Below, in pieces: positions 28,317 through 39,600 of a stretch of DNA of 64,000 nt. The notes under the pieces were generated by a model, which saw only the letters and a program-made list of their open reading frames with translations, was not told where the DNA came from and ran no database searches. Each line of letters opens with the position of its first letter. Within the stretch, counting starts at the first letter, position 1. Source of the stretch: Candidatus Zixiibacteriota bacterium (GTDB lineage: Bacteria > Zixibacteria > MSB-5A5 > WJJR01); NCBI GenBank assembly GCA_040752595.1, contig JBFMGX010000004.1:155440-219439 (forward strand), in the 5' to 3' direction. The position numbers and the translations under genes are program-made.

Positions 28317-28814
28317 TCAAGGCACACCCAGTATCTGCTCCAACTCCTTTACAAGCGCCGTCGCCGTGCGGAATCCGACGATCTGACTCGTCTCACGACC
28401 TTCACGGTTCAGAACGATCACCGTCGGATACCCGGTCACGCGATAGATCGTGCGGGCGAGACCACGACAGGTCACGCTGGAGTCCGCGTAGGCGACAAGC
28501 GTGTCCGAGTCCGGGTCAATCTGGGCGATATTGAACGACTTACCCAGGATGTGAATGACGGTGGAATCGGTCAACGTCTCCGCCTTGAGCTTCTTGCACC
28601 ACCCACACCACGTGGCCAGCACAAACAGCAGGGAATGATCGTGTTTCCCAGGGACATCACGGTACAGGACTTCGGTGCCGACCCATTGCAGCGTCGTCGG
28701 AACCGGCGGCTCCGTGTTCGGCTGCGTCGGACGCGGGCCGGAACATGAAAACAGAACCCCGGTCGCCAAACCGGCGACCGCCAACATCACCCACACAACT
28801 CCGGGGTTTCTCAT
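28317..28814 (-). CDS. Thioredoxin-family lipoprotein (WCGWC active site)
   Basis: Lipoprotein signal MRNPGVVWVMLAVAGLATGVLFSCSGP. Active site LATWCGWCKKL. Cis-Pro motif TGYPTVIV. Confidence 0.7.
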   Translation of the reverse strand: MRNPGVVWVMLAVAGLATGVLFSCSGPRPTQPNTEPPVPTTLQWVGTEVLYRDVPGKHDHSLLFVLATWCGWCKKLKAETLTDSTVIHILGKSFNIAQIDPDSDTLVAYADSSVTCRGLARTIYRVTGYPTVIVLNREGRETSQIVGFRTATALVKELEQILGVP

Positions 28815-28959
28815 GCCGATCACAACACGACAAGAACGGTACCGTGGTCGCTCCGCCGACGACTCATAAGCAATATAACCGGCCAATTTCGGTTGTCAAT
28901 GATAAAGCCATGAAAATCATGCGGTTCTGACGGGGCATGCTCCACCGGATACGGGATTC

Positions 28960-29290
28960 GTAGGAGTCGATCCCAGGTCGACCCGGTACACCGGCGTGGT
29001 AGGGTGGGCTCCGCCCACCGCAGGGGGTTGAAAGCCCCCTGTCCTCAGACGATCACTGTCGGGATCGCGGACAGGGGGTTTTCAACCTCTTGGTTCTTGT
29101 TCGGTAGGGGCGAGGCAGTGTTCACCCGCCTCTGGCGGTCCTCGTCCTTCGTCGGGCGAACAAAGAGGGCGACCCGCCGGGTCGCCCCTACGCGATATCC
29201 CGTAATGCCCTGCCCGGGGTGGCACGCACAAACTCGTTTGTGCGTGCCTCGATCCAGCGACAATTGTAGGGGTCGATCCCAGATCGACCC
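28960..29290. repeat. Divergent-promoter spacer packed with palindromic repeats (family 3/4 copies, two copies of GTAGGnGTCGATCCCAGrTCGACCC, 11-bp hairpin GGCACGCACAAAC/GTTTGTGCGTGCC)
   Basis: GTAGGAGTCGATCCCAGGTCGACCC at 28960-84 and GTAGGGGTCGATCCCAGATCGACCC at 29266-90. GTAGGGTGGGCTCCGCCCACC + CAGGGGGTTGAAAGCCCCCTGTCC at 28999-29044. GACAGGGGGTTTTCAACC at 29070-87. Perfect hairpin at 29221-48. Confidence 0.5.
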
Positions 29291-29651
29291 CCACGGCGGC
29301 CAAATGACGACTTCTCGCAACGCCTTGCACAATCTGCCATGGTGTCCGCTGATCGTCCTGCGACATTACCCATTGAATCCCCGGAACGGCGGTGACACGC
29401 CATTCTGGCCCCGTCTTTGCATGCAATGGGCGGGAATCACTCCTGCTTGGTATACAACCATCGGGGCGAGACAGGATCAAACATCAGTTGACTTTGGGAG
29501 TCCTAACGCATTAATTGACTCGGGGTTCGGCGGGTTCCGCCGCCCTAAAGGAGGTCTTAGCGCACCTGCTCGATTGATTGCCCCATGCTGTCTGCCCAGT
29601 TATCTTGGGACGCGTGGAGCACGACACAGTTAGACGAGTGCTGCGAGCAGG

Positions 29652-32600
29652 GTGAACGTGCGCTGTCACCGCCATCGAGTCTTCTTGATTGCACTGGCCT
29701 GGATTCTTCGTGCCCTGCCTGCAGCTTCCGCTGGCGGGTATGATGACTGTTCGATTCTCTCCCTCTCCAACTCCAGCATAACGTTTGAGTACCGCCCCGG
29801 CGAACTTGCCTGGCGTACTGGACCTGCCGGAGAATACCCGGCACTGGCCAACGCTGCCCTGAATTCGACCCCCGGGTTTCCCCCAATACAAGGCCGTATC
29901 GTTTATGTCGCGTTGCCGCTTGGCTCCGCCGTTGTCGACGCGCAATTGATCGGTAGCGCTCCGTCAGAGCGGCTCGTTCGCCCCTCCATGTCGCGGGCCG
30001 CGCGCGGGTCGCTCGCCGCAGGGGCCGGTCCGTATCCCGATTCTCCGGTGGCCGTCGACCGGATCTTCACCATGCACGGCGTGCGGATGGCGCGGCTGAT
30101 CCTGCACCCGCTGACCGTGGTGTCGGCATCGGGTGAGGTCGAGTTTCGCCCCTCGTTGACTGTCCAGGTGCGCTTCGATCACGCGGGAGCAGAGACAGCG
30201 ACAGCAACCGTGCCCAATCCCGCGGACCCATTCGACCAGATCCTCGCGAATATCCTCATCAACCCGGAACAGGGGAGACTGTGGCGCTCGACCGACCCCA
30301 TCGACATGTCCCGCGCGGCAATCACCGACACCAATCCCTTCGTCGGCACGGATCAGTGGATTGCGATCCGTACCCGCGAAGAAGGTGTCGTCGCCGTGAC
30401 CGCCGCCGATTTCCGCTCGGGGGGAATCACCCCGGCCACGCTCGATCCGCGCAACTTCCGGCTGTTCGCCGGTTCCGGTCGGCAACTATCGACTTTGATG
30501 TCGTCCGCACCGCCCGGGTTGCGGCAGGTTCCTATCCGTATCATCGGTGAGGCCGATGGCACTTTCGATGAGACCGACTCCCTGCTTTTTTGGGCGCAGG
30601 GGCTCAATCGCTGGGAGCCCGGTGACAATGGCCGGCCGATTGACGTGGTCCACCGCTATGACCGGGACAACGTTTACTGGCTCGCCGCGGCGGGCGATTT
30701 CGCCGGTCCTCCCTTGCGACTGACCGCCACCGCGGCCCCGCCGCTTTCCGCTGCGACGGATCGTTTCGCCGGTACCAGCCGCGCCCGTCATGAAGAGGAC
30801 CACTTCTTCCGCGTCAACACGTTGGGCTACACGGAGAGCTACTACACGTGGTATTGGCGCAACCAGCGCGTCGGCAGCATCGCCCTCGATGCCGTCCATG
30901 ACCCCGTGGCCGGCGCCCCGGCCATGATCGAATTCGGTACCTTCGCCGGGTTCGCCGGGCGCGACCCCGCCCGCCTGGTGACCGGCGGCGTCAACTCCCT
31001 GCCCACGCGCCTGTATCCCGGAACCGGGGAGGACCGAAGCACCATCTCCCAGTTCGATCTGTCCGCCTTTGATCCGGCGGCGACCTTTGTCCTGGCGTTC
31101 GACTCGACTCCGTCGTCGAACTACTACCTCGACTACTATTCGATTGAATATCAACGGCGCCTCGACTGCGCCGATGGCGCGGTTGAGTTCCTGGCCCCCG
31201 ATACGAACGGGACGGTCAACTTCATCCTCGCCAACGCCGCCGATGCCGATGTCTGGGATGTGACCGACCCGGCCGGCCCATTCGCACTCAGCAGTCTGGC
31301 CGTCGACGGCAGCACCACCCGTTTTGGGACGGTGCTGGCGCAAGGTGCGCGCCGCGTCTTCTTTGCCGCCCGGCCGTCGCAGCGGCTGCGGCCGCAGAGT
31401 CTGCAACGGGTTACGACGGTCGACCTGCACACCCCGGCGACCGGCGCCGACTATGTCGCGATCGGCCCGCGCGCGTTCGCCGCGGCCACCGGAGCATTCC
31501 TGGACTATCGTGCCGTTCATGACGGCTTGCGTACGCGCTTTGTCGCGCTGGAGGATGTCTACAACAGCTTCTCCCTCGGCGTCGCCGATCCGGTCGCCAT
31601 CCGGCGCTTCCTGCGGCAGTGCCACTTCGGCTGGCCGTCACCGGCCCCTGTCTATGCGCTCTTGGTCGGTGATGGATCGAATGACTACCTCGACCGCACC
31701 GGGGCGCGCTCGGTCAACTACGTGCCGCCCTACATCGTCCGCGACGACAACGTGGTCTCCGATGAGAGCTATGTGTACTTCTCCGATGCCGCGGTCCTGA
31801 ATGCCGTGCCCAATCCCCAGGACAACCCGTTCCCCGATATGCTGATCGGGCGCTGGCCGGTGCGCACACAGGCGGAGATTGGCGCCGTCACGGCGAAGGT
31901 GCGCCGCTATGAGTCGACGGAGAACCTCGGCCCCTGGCGCTCCCGCATCATGATGGTGGCCGATGACGAATTCGGCGATCGCAATCTGGGGTCTGTCCGC
32001 GAGACCTTTCACATCAACGACGCCGAGCAGATCGCCCGCACGACGATTCCCGGTCGCTTCGATCTGGAGAAGATCTATCTGACAGAATATCCCTTCAACA
32101 ATCCGGGGTGCAACGATCCCAGCGCCCGCGGGTGCACCAAACCGATGGCCAAGGAAGCGATCATCGCCGGCCTCAATGACGGCGTCGCGGTCTTCGACTA
32201 CCTCGGGCACGGCAATCCCGATCTGTTGGCCCATGAACACGTTTTTGAGCGGGTGACCGATCTGCCCCGACTCGTGAATGCCACAACTCCGACTGCGGTG
32301 TTGACCTTCTCTTGCTCCATCGGGCTGTTCGACGACCCTGTGCGGGAGGGAATGTCGGAGGAGTGGTTCCGGATGTCACCCGGCGGGGCCGTAGCCGTGG
32401 TCTCCGCCACCCGGCTGGCCGCGGCGCTGGCCAATGCCGACTTGAACGAAGAGGTGTTCAACCTCCTGTTCACGCGCGGCATTACGGGGATCGGCGCGGC
32501 GGTGTATACCGGCAAGCTGCGCCGGCAGTATTTCGAACCGTCCTGCCGCCTCTTCAGCAACTGCCAGGCGCCGATTTGCCCCTGTCAGAATGATCGCGGC

Positions 32601-33704
32601 TATGTCCTCTTTGGCGATCCGGCGATGCGCTTGGGCATCCCCGATTTGCGTGTGCAATTCGATACCGTGCAGCCCGAGAGTCTGTCGGCTCTTGCGCTGA
32701 CGCGTGTTGCCGGTTGTATCACCGACACCGCCGGAACCCTCCAGTCGGGATTCGACGGTGAGGTCAGCATCATCGCGCGCGACGTCGATCGCCATCGGGT
32801 TCATGCGATCGACGCGACGACGTCGATCGAATACGATCTGGCGGGGGGCACCCTCTATCGCGGCCGCGTGCCGGTCCAGGGGGGACGATTCGCCTTCGGA
32901 TTCATCGTTCCCAAAGACATCGCCTACGGCGAACGGGGAGCGCGCATCATGGGTCACGCGGCCGCGGCCACGCGGATGGCCAACGGCAGTGTCGATTCGC
33001 TCTGGCTCTCCGGCACGGCGATCGCGCCCAGCGACACGTCCGGACCACAGGTGCGTTTGGAAACGACCCGCGGGGAACCGATTGTCGACGGTTTCACGTT
33101 GGCCGAAGGGTCTGGGGTCGTCGTCATGCTCTCCGACCCCTCGGGAATCAACCTCAGCGGCGCGCCGGGGCACCGGCTCCTGGTTACGGTCAACGACGGT
33201 GATCGTCCTTTCGCCGATCTCACCGACGTGTTTACTTACGATCCTGGGGTGTTCGACCGGGGGAGAGCCGACGTGTCTTTGGCGGGACTGGCGAAGGGAT
33301 CTCAACGGCTGACTGTCACCGGTTGGGACAACGCCAACAACTCCACCCGGCACGTGGTCGATGTCACGATCAGTAGCGCCGGGAGCGCCGACGAGTTCCG
33401 CGTGACTGAGTTCCTCAACTACCCCAATCCGTTCTCCGAACGGACGACGTTCTATTTTCGCGCCACGCGCGAAGTCCGCAGGGCGAAAATCCGGATTTTC
33501 ACGGTCGCCGGCCGCCTCATCTGGGAGACGGGGTCGGCCCGCGACGGCGAGGTCGAATGGAACGGCAGGGATGCGGCCGGTGATCCGGTCGGCAACGGCG
33601 TCTATCTGGCCCAACTGGAAGTCACCGGGCAACTGGTGTCATCGCAGGGAAAAGTGGTCGATAAGAGGGCATACAGAGAGGCCAAGTTGGTAGTATCACG
33701 GTGA
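29652..33704 (+). CDS. porU: PorU-like T9SS C-terminal signal peptidase (gingipain-type peptidase C25) with a C-terminal T9SS/FlgD-Ig-like sorting domain
   Basis: GTG start with signal peptide (VFLIALAWILRALPAASA). C25 catalytic region with His (VFDYLGHGNPDLLAHEH) and Cys (AVLTFSCSIGLFDD) motifs. C-terminal FLNYPNPFSERTTFYF...KIRIFTVAGRLIWE...GVYLAQLEV matches the T9SS CTD. Size (1350 aa) and adjacency to a PorV-like gene fit the porU-porV arrangement known from Bacteroidetes. Confidence 0.75.
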   Translation: MNVRCHRHRVFLIALAWILRALPAASAGGYDDCSILSLSNSSITFEYRPGELAWRTGPAGEYPALANAALNSTPGFPPIQGRIVYVALPLGSAVVDAQLIGSAPSERLVRPSMSRAARGSLAAGAGPYPDSPVAVDRIFTMHGVRMARLILHPLTVVSASGEVEFRPSLTVQVRFDHAGAETATATVPNPADPFDQILANILINPEQGRLWRSTDPIDMSRAAITDTNPFVGTDQWIAIRTREEGVVAVTAADFRSGGITPATLDPRNFRLFAGSGRQLSTLMSSAPPGLRQVPIRIIGEADGTFDETDSLLFWAQGLNRWEPGDNGRPIDVVHRYDRDNVYWLAAAGDFAGPPLRLTATAAPPLSAATDRFAGTSRARHEEDHFFRVNTLGYTESYYTWYWRNQRVGSIALDAVHDPVAGAPAMIEFGTFAGFAGRDPARLVTGGVNSLPTRLYPGTGEDRSTISQFDLSAFDPAATFVLAFDSTPSSNYYLDYYSIEYQRRLDCADGAVEFLAPDTNGTVNFILANAADADVWDVTDPAGPFALSSLAVDGSTTRFGTVLAQGARRVFFAARPSQRLRPQSLQRVTTVDLHTPATGADYVAIGPRAFAAATGAFLDYRAVHDGLRTRFVALEDVYNSFSLGVADPVAIRRFLRQCHFGWPSPAPVYALLVGDGSNDYLDRTGARSVNYVPPYIVRDDNVVSDESYVYFSDAAVLNAVPNPQDNPFPDMLIGRWPVRTQAEIGAVTAKVRRYESTENLGPWRSRIMMVADDEFGDRNLGSVRETFHINDAEQIARTTIPGRFDLEKIYLTEYPFNNPGCNDPSARGCTKPMAKEAIIAGLNDGVAVFDYLGHGNPDLLAHEHVFERVTDLPRLVNATTPTAVLTFSCSIGLFDDPVREGMSEEWFRMSPGGAVAVVSATRLAAALANADLNEEVFNLLFTRGITGIGAAVYTGKLRRQYFEPSCRLFSNCQAPICPCQNDRGYVLFGDPAMRLGIPDLRVQFDTVQPESLSALALTRVAGCITDTAGTLQSGFDGEVSIIARDVDRHRVHAIDATTSIEYDLAGGTLYRGRVPVQGGRFAFGFIVPKDIAYGERGARIMGHAAAATRMANGSVDSLWLSGTAIAPSDTSGPQVRLETTRGEPIVDGFTLAEGSGVVVMLSDPSGINLSGAPGHRLLVTVNDGDRPFADLTDVFTYDPGVFDRGRADVSLAGLAKGSQRLTVTGWDNANNSTRHVVDVTISSAGSADEFRVTEFLNYPNPFSERTTFYFRATREVRRAKIRIFTVAGRLIWETGSARDGEVEWNGRDAAGDPVGNGVYLAQLEVTGQLVSSQGKVVDKRAYREAKLVVSR

Positions 33705-33851
33705 AGGCCGATCCCGGCGGTTCCCGGCGAGAGTACCACGGAGCACCATATGAAGATCAGGAAGCATGCTCACATAAACGAGAACGGTCGCAGGCTGTCC
33801 CATGGGACACACGTCGGCGGATCGGTGGAAGGGGTACGACAGATGCAACGC

Positions 33852-36479
33852 ATGAAAACCGCGCTGGCGATGCTGATCGCACTGGCGCTGCTATGGCCGG
33901 CAACGACGGCGCGGGCCCAGGTGAACGCCGGTGTGCTGTTCTTGCGCATCGCGCCGGGAGCCCGTGCCGCGGGGATCGGGGAATCGTTCGTGGCGATGGC
34001 CAATGACGCGACGGCCACGCACTGGAACCCCGCCGGGCTGGGAACATATCCCCTCAACACCGAGTGGAGCGAGTATCCGCTCGCGCCGTCCGGCCAGGTG
34101 CTGGACGCCGTGCCGCTCAAGAATGGACTGCCCTACGACAACTTCACCGGGTATGACCTTTGGATCTTGACCGATTCCGGCCTGACAGTCTTCCATCCGT
34201 CGAGGGCCGCACAGCAAGTTAAGTCGGCCGCCGCGACCGGTTTCACCGCTCCCAGGGGCAACACGTTGGAGTTGTCGACCGACGGTGTCAGTTCCGTTTC
34301 GGCGGCCATCCTCCGCTACGCCCCCTTCATGACTGAGGACGAGGCGGAGACGATCGCCCGTCGATCGGCCGCCGGCGAAGTCGGCATTCCCCTCGCGGAG
34401 CTGGAACCGATGCTGGCACGCATCGGCGGGGCCATGCCGGAAGGGTACCGGGATCGCACGACGCTCGAAAACGTGATTCGTGAATTCAGGACGGCGTTTC
34501 TCGAGGGGAGAGTCGGGACCGATCGCCTCCCGGAGCTCCGCACTGCGATGGCGGCGTTGCCGGAGTCCGGTCCGGCCGACTTGTCCTTGTTGGATCGCAT
34601 CCGCTTCACGATGGAGCGCAGCGTGTCGTTGGTCCTGCCTCACACCATTCCCGTCCAGTTGAATGACCTGATCCGCCCCCCGGTACAGGCCATTGCATCC
34701 GATGGTAGCACGATCTATGTCGCCGCCAGCAACGGCCTCCTGCAATTCAACGGGGAACGCTGGGAAGTCGTGCCGCCGCCCGATGGGATCGATTGGAGGA
34801 CGACCCGGATCAATTGTCTGGCGGCCGCCGGCGGAAGACGTCTCTGGGTCGGCACTGACAGCGGCCTGTTGGCCCGGAGCTCCGGCCAATGGGAGACGAT
34901 CGGTTCCGATCGGGGGCTTCCCGATCCGCGTGTGCTGAAGATCACTCTCGCCGGATCTCGCGCCGGGTGGGTTCTCACCAACGCGGGGTTGGCCGCTTAT
35001 GACGGGAAGATGTTCTCCAGCACTGCGTCCGTGACCGCCAATGTCGGCGATTCGCTCCGCTCCGTCGTGGAGCGCTTCTTGGATACCGACGATGCGGTTG
35101 TGATCGGCCGTGCGTTGGAAGCCGTGCGTTCCGCCGGCGACATCCCCGCCGATACCGCGCCACTGGCCGGGAAGACCATTGCCATCCCCTATTCCCTGGG
35201 AATTCGTGGGGACGTGACCGGCATGGAACTCGACGCGTACGATCGCCTGTGGGTCGGGACGACGGTCGGGACATTCCGCTTCGGCAAGGGCCGATGGACC
35301 TCATTCGGATACGAGGCAGTTTTGGTCGAAGAGGCGACCACGGCCGAAGCGCTCGCCGAGTCCCGTCTCGGCAAGCGGGCAACACCGGAGAGAGTCCAGC
35401 GCCTCGCGGAATATGTCAAACTCTACAACAATCTGCCCGACGGCCAGATTCCCGCCGGTCGGACCGTGTACGTGTACCGCAACCCGGCCGGGGCGCACAT
35501 CCTCGACATGGCTGCCGCGGGCGATCAAATGCTGATCGCCACCGAGGTGGGACAACTGGAAGTCTCGTCCGGCCAGTGGAGCCGCTACTTTCATGGCGAG
35601 CTGGAACAGGATCAAGTACATGCGATCGTGGCCGAGGGCGGCGACGTGTGGTTTGTCACCGACAATCGCGTCGTCGTCTACCAGCATCCCCACAAAGAGA
35701 TCAGCTTCATGCATGTCAACTGGCTCCCCGAATTCAATCTCGACTTGTACTATGAGTACCTGACCTACGTCGCCAACATCGAGGGAATCGGCACGGTCGG
35801 CGCGGCGATCACGTTTCTTTCATACGGCGAAATCATCCGCACCGATGAACTCGGCAACGTCGGCAATCCCTTCCATTCCTTCGACGGCGCATTGTCCCTG
35901 TCCTATGGAACGCGCCTCAATCCCAATCTGGCCGCCGGTCTGTCGGCGAAGATCATCTACTCCCGTTTGGCCGATCAGGGCGCGGGAGCGGAGATCGGCT
36001 CGGGCAGCGCCACCGCCTTTGCCATGGACGCCGGTCTTCTCTATCGGACGCCGTGGCGACGGCTGACGCTCGGCGCCGCGCTCACCAACGTGGGGCCCAA
36101 CATCTCCTATATTGACGCCCAGCAGTCCGACCCATTGCCGCGCAACCTCGCGCTCGGCTTCGCCTACCGCATATGGGATTCGCCGTACAACCGGCTGACC
36201 ATCATTGGCGAGGCCAACAAGGAGCTTGTCGACCTGACCAGCAGCACCTCTGAGGAAGTGAAGCAGACCGTGTTCAACGGCGGCGCCGAGTACTGGTATG
36301 GATCGTTTGTGGCGCTGCGCGGCGGGTATATTTACGATCAGGACGGGGAAATCAAGACGGCGACGCTCGGCGCCGGTCTGTCGTACCAGCGCTTCGAGAT
36401 GGATGTCGCCTATATCCCCTCCAACAAAGACCTGCCGCTGGCCAACACGCTGCGTGTGAGCATGACGGGACGCTTTTGA
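33852..36479 (+). CDS. PorV/FadL-like outer-membrane beta-barrel carrying a large inserted two-component-regulator-propeller (Reg_prop-like) domain
   Basis: Signal peptide MKTALAMLIALALLWPATTARAQ. N-terminal barrel motif ARAAGIGESFVAMANDATATHWNPAGLG. C-terminal barrel strands ending ...NTLRVSMTGRF (terminal aromatic residue). The middle about 450 aa has repeated GxLxxFxGxxW-type motifs (IYVAASNGLLQFNGERWEVV, RLWVGTDSGLLARSSGQWETIG, WVLTNAGLAAYDGKMF, RLWVGTTVGTFRFGKGRWTSFG). Confidence 0.55.
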   Translation: MKTALAMLIALALLWPATTARAQVNAGVLFLRIAPGARAAGIGESFVAMANDATATHWNPAGLGTYPLNTEWSEYPLAPSGQVLDAVPLKNGLPYDNFTGYDLWILTDSGLTVFHPSRAAQQVKSAAATGFTAPRGNTLELSTDGVSSVSAAILRYAPFMTEDEAETIARRSAAGEVGIPLAELEPMLARIGGAMPEGYRDRTTLENVIREFRTAFLEGRVGTDRLPELRTAMAALPESGPADLSLLDRIRFTMERSVSLVLPHTIPVQLNDLIRPPVQAIASDGSTIYVAASNGLLQFNGERWEVVPPPDGIDWRTTRINCLAAAGGRRLWVGTDSGLLARSSGQWETIGSDRGLPDPRVLKITLAGSRAGWVLTNAGLAAYDGKMFSSTASVTANVGDSLRSVVERFLDTDDAVVIGRALEAVRSAGDIPADTAPLAGKTIAIPYSLGIRGDVTGMELDAYDRLWVGTTVGTFRFGKGRWTSFGYEAVLVEEATTAEALAESRLGKRATPERVQRLAEYVKLYNNLPDGQIPAGRTVYVYRNPAGAHILDMAAAGDQMLIATEVGQLEVSSGQWSRYFHGELEQDQVHAIVAEGGDVWFVTDNRVVVYQHPHKEISFMHVNWLPEFNLDLYYEYLTYVANIEGIGTVGAAITFLSYGEIIRTDELGNVGNPFHSFDGALSLSYGTRLNPNLAAGLSAKIIYSRLADQGAGAEIGSGSATAFAMDAGLLYRTPWRRLTLGAALTNVGPNISYIDAQQSDPLPRNLALGFAYRIWDSPYNRLTIIGEANKELVDLTSSTSEEVKQTVFNGGAEYWYGSFVALRGGYIYDQDGEIKTATLGAGLSYQRFEMDVAYIPSNKDLPLANTLRVSMTGRF

Positions 36480-36541
36480 AGACAGCAGGGATCATGGGAC
36501 CGCGCGCCCGGCTCATGTGCATTCCGCTGGTGAGGGCAGTG

Positions 36542-36645
36542 TTAACCTCTCCCACCGGCACTGTCCCGAACAGAGTGAGGGAGAGAGGTCGATACGCCAT
36601 AGGCGGATCGGCTTGCACTGAGCGAAGTCGAAGTGGTGAGGGGGA
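36542..36645. repeat. Family-5 composite hairpin element in the leader of the M6 peptidase gene
   Basis: ttaaCCTCTCCCaccggcactgtcccgaacagagtGAGGGAGAGAGGtcg + atacgccataggcggatcgg + cttgcactgagcgaagtcgaagtggtgaggggg. Confidence 0.6.
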
Positions 36646-36670
36646 AGCCCCGTTTCAAGTGGGACCAGCG

Positions 36671-39600
36671 ATGTGGCAGTATTCGCGAAATCTTCTGCTT
36701 CTTGCCGTCGCGGCAATATGGCCATCCTGCCCCCATGCGGCGGCAACCTGGAATACGGCGGCGCACGTCGTCCACTTGGACCGTGGTGCCTTGGTGATCG
36801 ACACGACGATGCGCGCCGAATCTTCATCGCGCCGTTGCTTTTGCCCGGTGCCGTCGGAGCGCAATCTCCTCGGGCTCCGGCGGGACACACCGGTTTCTTC
36901 CGGGCGGCTGGCAGCCGGGATGCCGGCACAGGAACCGACGGTGCTGCGGGTCGTCGCGATTCGCGTCGAGTTCCCGTTGGAATCTCCCGATGATCCGCTG
37001 ACCACCGGCACCGGGCGATTCGACCGCCGCGATACGATCGCCTATCGGGATTCGAACGGTCACTCCTTCGACAGCGCGCCGCACACCAAGCGCTACTTCG
37101 AGGCGCATCTGCGAGCGCTCAATGCCTACTGGAACACCGTGTCCAACGATCATCTGCGTCTGGAATGGGCGGTGTTTCCCGAGGATTCCGACGCGGCGTA
37201 TCAGTTGCCGAACCCGATGTCCCACTACGGTCGCACGCGAGGGGACGACTCCGGCGTGGTTTGGGGACTGCAGCAGTTCGTGATAGACGCCGCCGAAGCT
37301 GCCGCTGCCGATCCTGACTTGCATTTCCCCGACTATGATGCCGTGATCATCTTCCACGCCGGCGCCGATCGGCAGACTGACATCGCGGATGACACACCGC
37401 ATGATCTCTTCTCGGCATTTCTCCGACTGGACAAACCATACATCAGCCGTCCCCCCGGAGGCATGGCACAGCCGATCCTGTTGCGTGCCGGGGCGGATAC
37501 GCTGAGCGAAGCGATCATCATGCCCGAAACGATGATCCAGGACGGCCGCATCAGTGTGCTCAATGCCGTACTCGCGCACGAGTTCGGTCATCAGTTGGGA
37601 CTGGTCGACTTGTACAACACCTACAACGGTGCCACGTGTGTCGGCAATTTCTCCCTGATGGACAACAACGCCGCCGATGTCGGCATCGAGGCCGAAGTCG
37701 ATGGGAGAGCGCGCATCATCTTCGGCGCGCTGCCGGTTCTGCCTGATCCTTGGTCTCGTGCCTACCTCGGATTTGTTGACGTGGCGACCGTCACCGATTC
37801 CAGCAATGTCCCCGTCTGGGCGGCCGAAGATCTGGAAGTCGTCCCGTCCAATCGTCAGGTCTGGCGCGTGCCCATCTCGCAGAGCGAGTACTATCTGCTG
37901 GAGAACCGCCTGTACGATCTCGACGGCGATGAAGCCGCGGGGCTGCGCCTCGACTCGGCAACCAACGTTGTCCTTGGCCCTGCCGACACGGCGCTGATCC
38001 CCGGTGTCCCGCCGCAGTTGACGCGGGAATACGATTTCCTTCTCCCCGGCAACGGGCTGCTGATCTGGCATGTCGATGAGGGGGTGGCGGCGCTCGATTA
38101 CGTGACCGCTGATGATGCGCCCGACAACTTCCTCGCCAACACACTACAATGGGATGACAACCGACGCTTCGTGCGCGTGATCGAAGCGGACGGACTCTCG
38201 CAGCTCGGCGCCCCGGGGATCTTCCGTTACTATACGGGCAGTGCAGGAGACTACTATTACCGCCCGCACAACATGGAGCTCAGTCCCACCACGATCCCCC
38301 CGGCCAAGAGCTACACCGGCGGGTACACCGGCGTCCGCATCAGCAACATCTCCGTGCCCGGAAGAACCATGCTCTTCCATGTAACGACGGCCGGCACGCT
38401 TCCCGGATTCCCGATCTACGTCGGTAACCAATCCGGCGACGTCGGCGCGCCGATTATCACCGACATCAAGCGCTCCGTGGCCGGCGATTGGCGCACTCCC
38501 GGCGATGGTCGGCCCGAGGTCTTTCTCGGTTATGAAAATTACATCCTCGCCTATGCTTGGGATGGCGCGTCGCTCGCGGGCATCCAAGTCCAGGATTCAA
38601 CTCTCGGCTTCGACACGACCGCTACGTTGAAGTCACTTCGCGCCGTCGCTGTCGGCAACCCCGACGACGGCGGGTGGGTATCGGCGCCGCTCATCTACAA
38701 TGTCCCCGATCAGTTTAGCACGCTCGTTGCCGTTTCCCGCGCCGGGCGCGTCTACGCCTGGCGGATGCAGGATGCTGACGGAGACAGTCTGTTCGATACG
38801 CTCTTCGTACGCCGGGCCGTCGGAGCCCCCAGCGGTCCGCCGATCATCTGGGACCGCCCCGGTAGCACATCGTTGAAGGACTTGTATCTCCCGATCAACG
38901 GCGCCTTCTACAATCTGTTTCATCTCGACGACGGTGTCCGGGAGATCAACGTCGCTCCCGGCGTGATCCGCAGCACCGCGGGAACAGGTCCGCAAAACGC
39001 GATGATGGTCTTCAACCTCGACGGCTCCTGGTTCGTGTCGCGGTTCGACGGTGAACAACGGGTCGCAATGGGGAGCGACTCACTCATGACACCTGCGCTC
39101 GGCGACGTCGACCATGATGGTCGGCTTGACTACGCTGTCGTCACGGCGGCCGGGCGGTTGTGGGTCCTGGATTCCACCTTGAATGTCGCGTCGGACTTCC
39201 CCGTTGAAATGGGATTCACCCCTTCGTCGGCCCCGGTTCTCGCCGACGTCGACCGCGATGGATACCTCGACATTGTGGTCGCCGGCGAAGGCATGCTCCA
39301 TGCCTATGCACGAAACGGCACGCCTCTTTCCAATTTCCCGATCACGATCGGCCGCAGCAATGAGCCGGATTCGCTCGCACCGGCCGCCGCCATCATTGAT
39401 ATGGGCAACACCCAGAGTCTGGCGTTGCTGACCGGCGGAGCCAGTCGCGCCATCTATGGCTGGGATAAGCAGGGCGAACGACTGGCACAGATGCCGCGTC
39501 CGGTCGGGTCTGCGCTGACTGCTCCGGTCGCTTGGGCGCTCAACAGCGACGAGGCCACAGCGGCCATCTTCGCGCGTGCCGCGGACGGGTATCTCTATGC

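Noticed and set aside
30486-33632. Several 200-420-aa minus-strand ORFs inside porU (30486..31625, 31638..32240, 32376..33632)
   Set aside because: All are antisense to a CDS with C25 catalytic motifs and a T9SS CTD. Their composition is arginine/glycine-rich noise.
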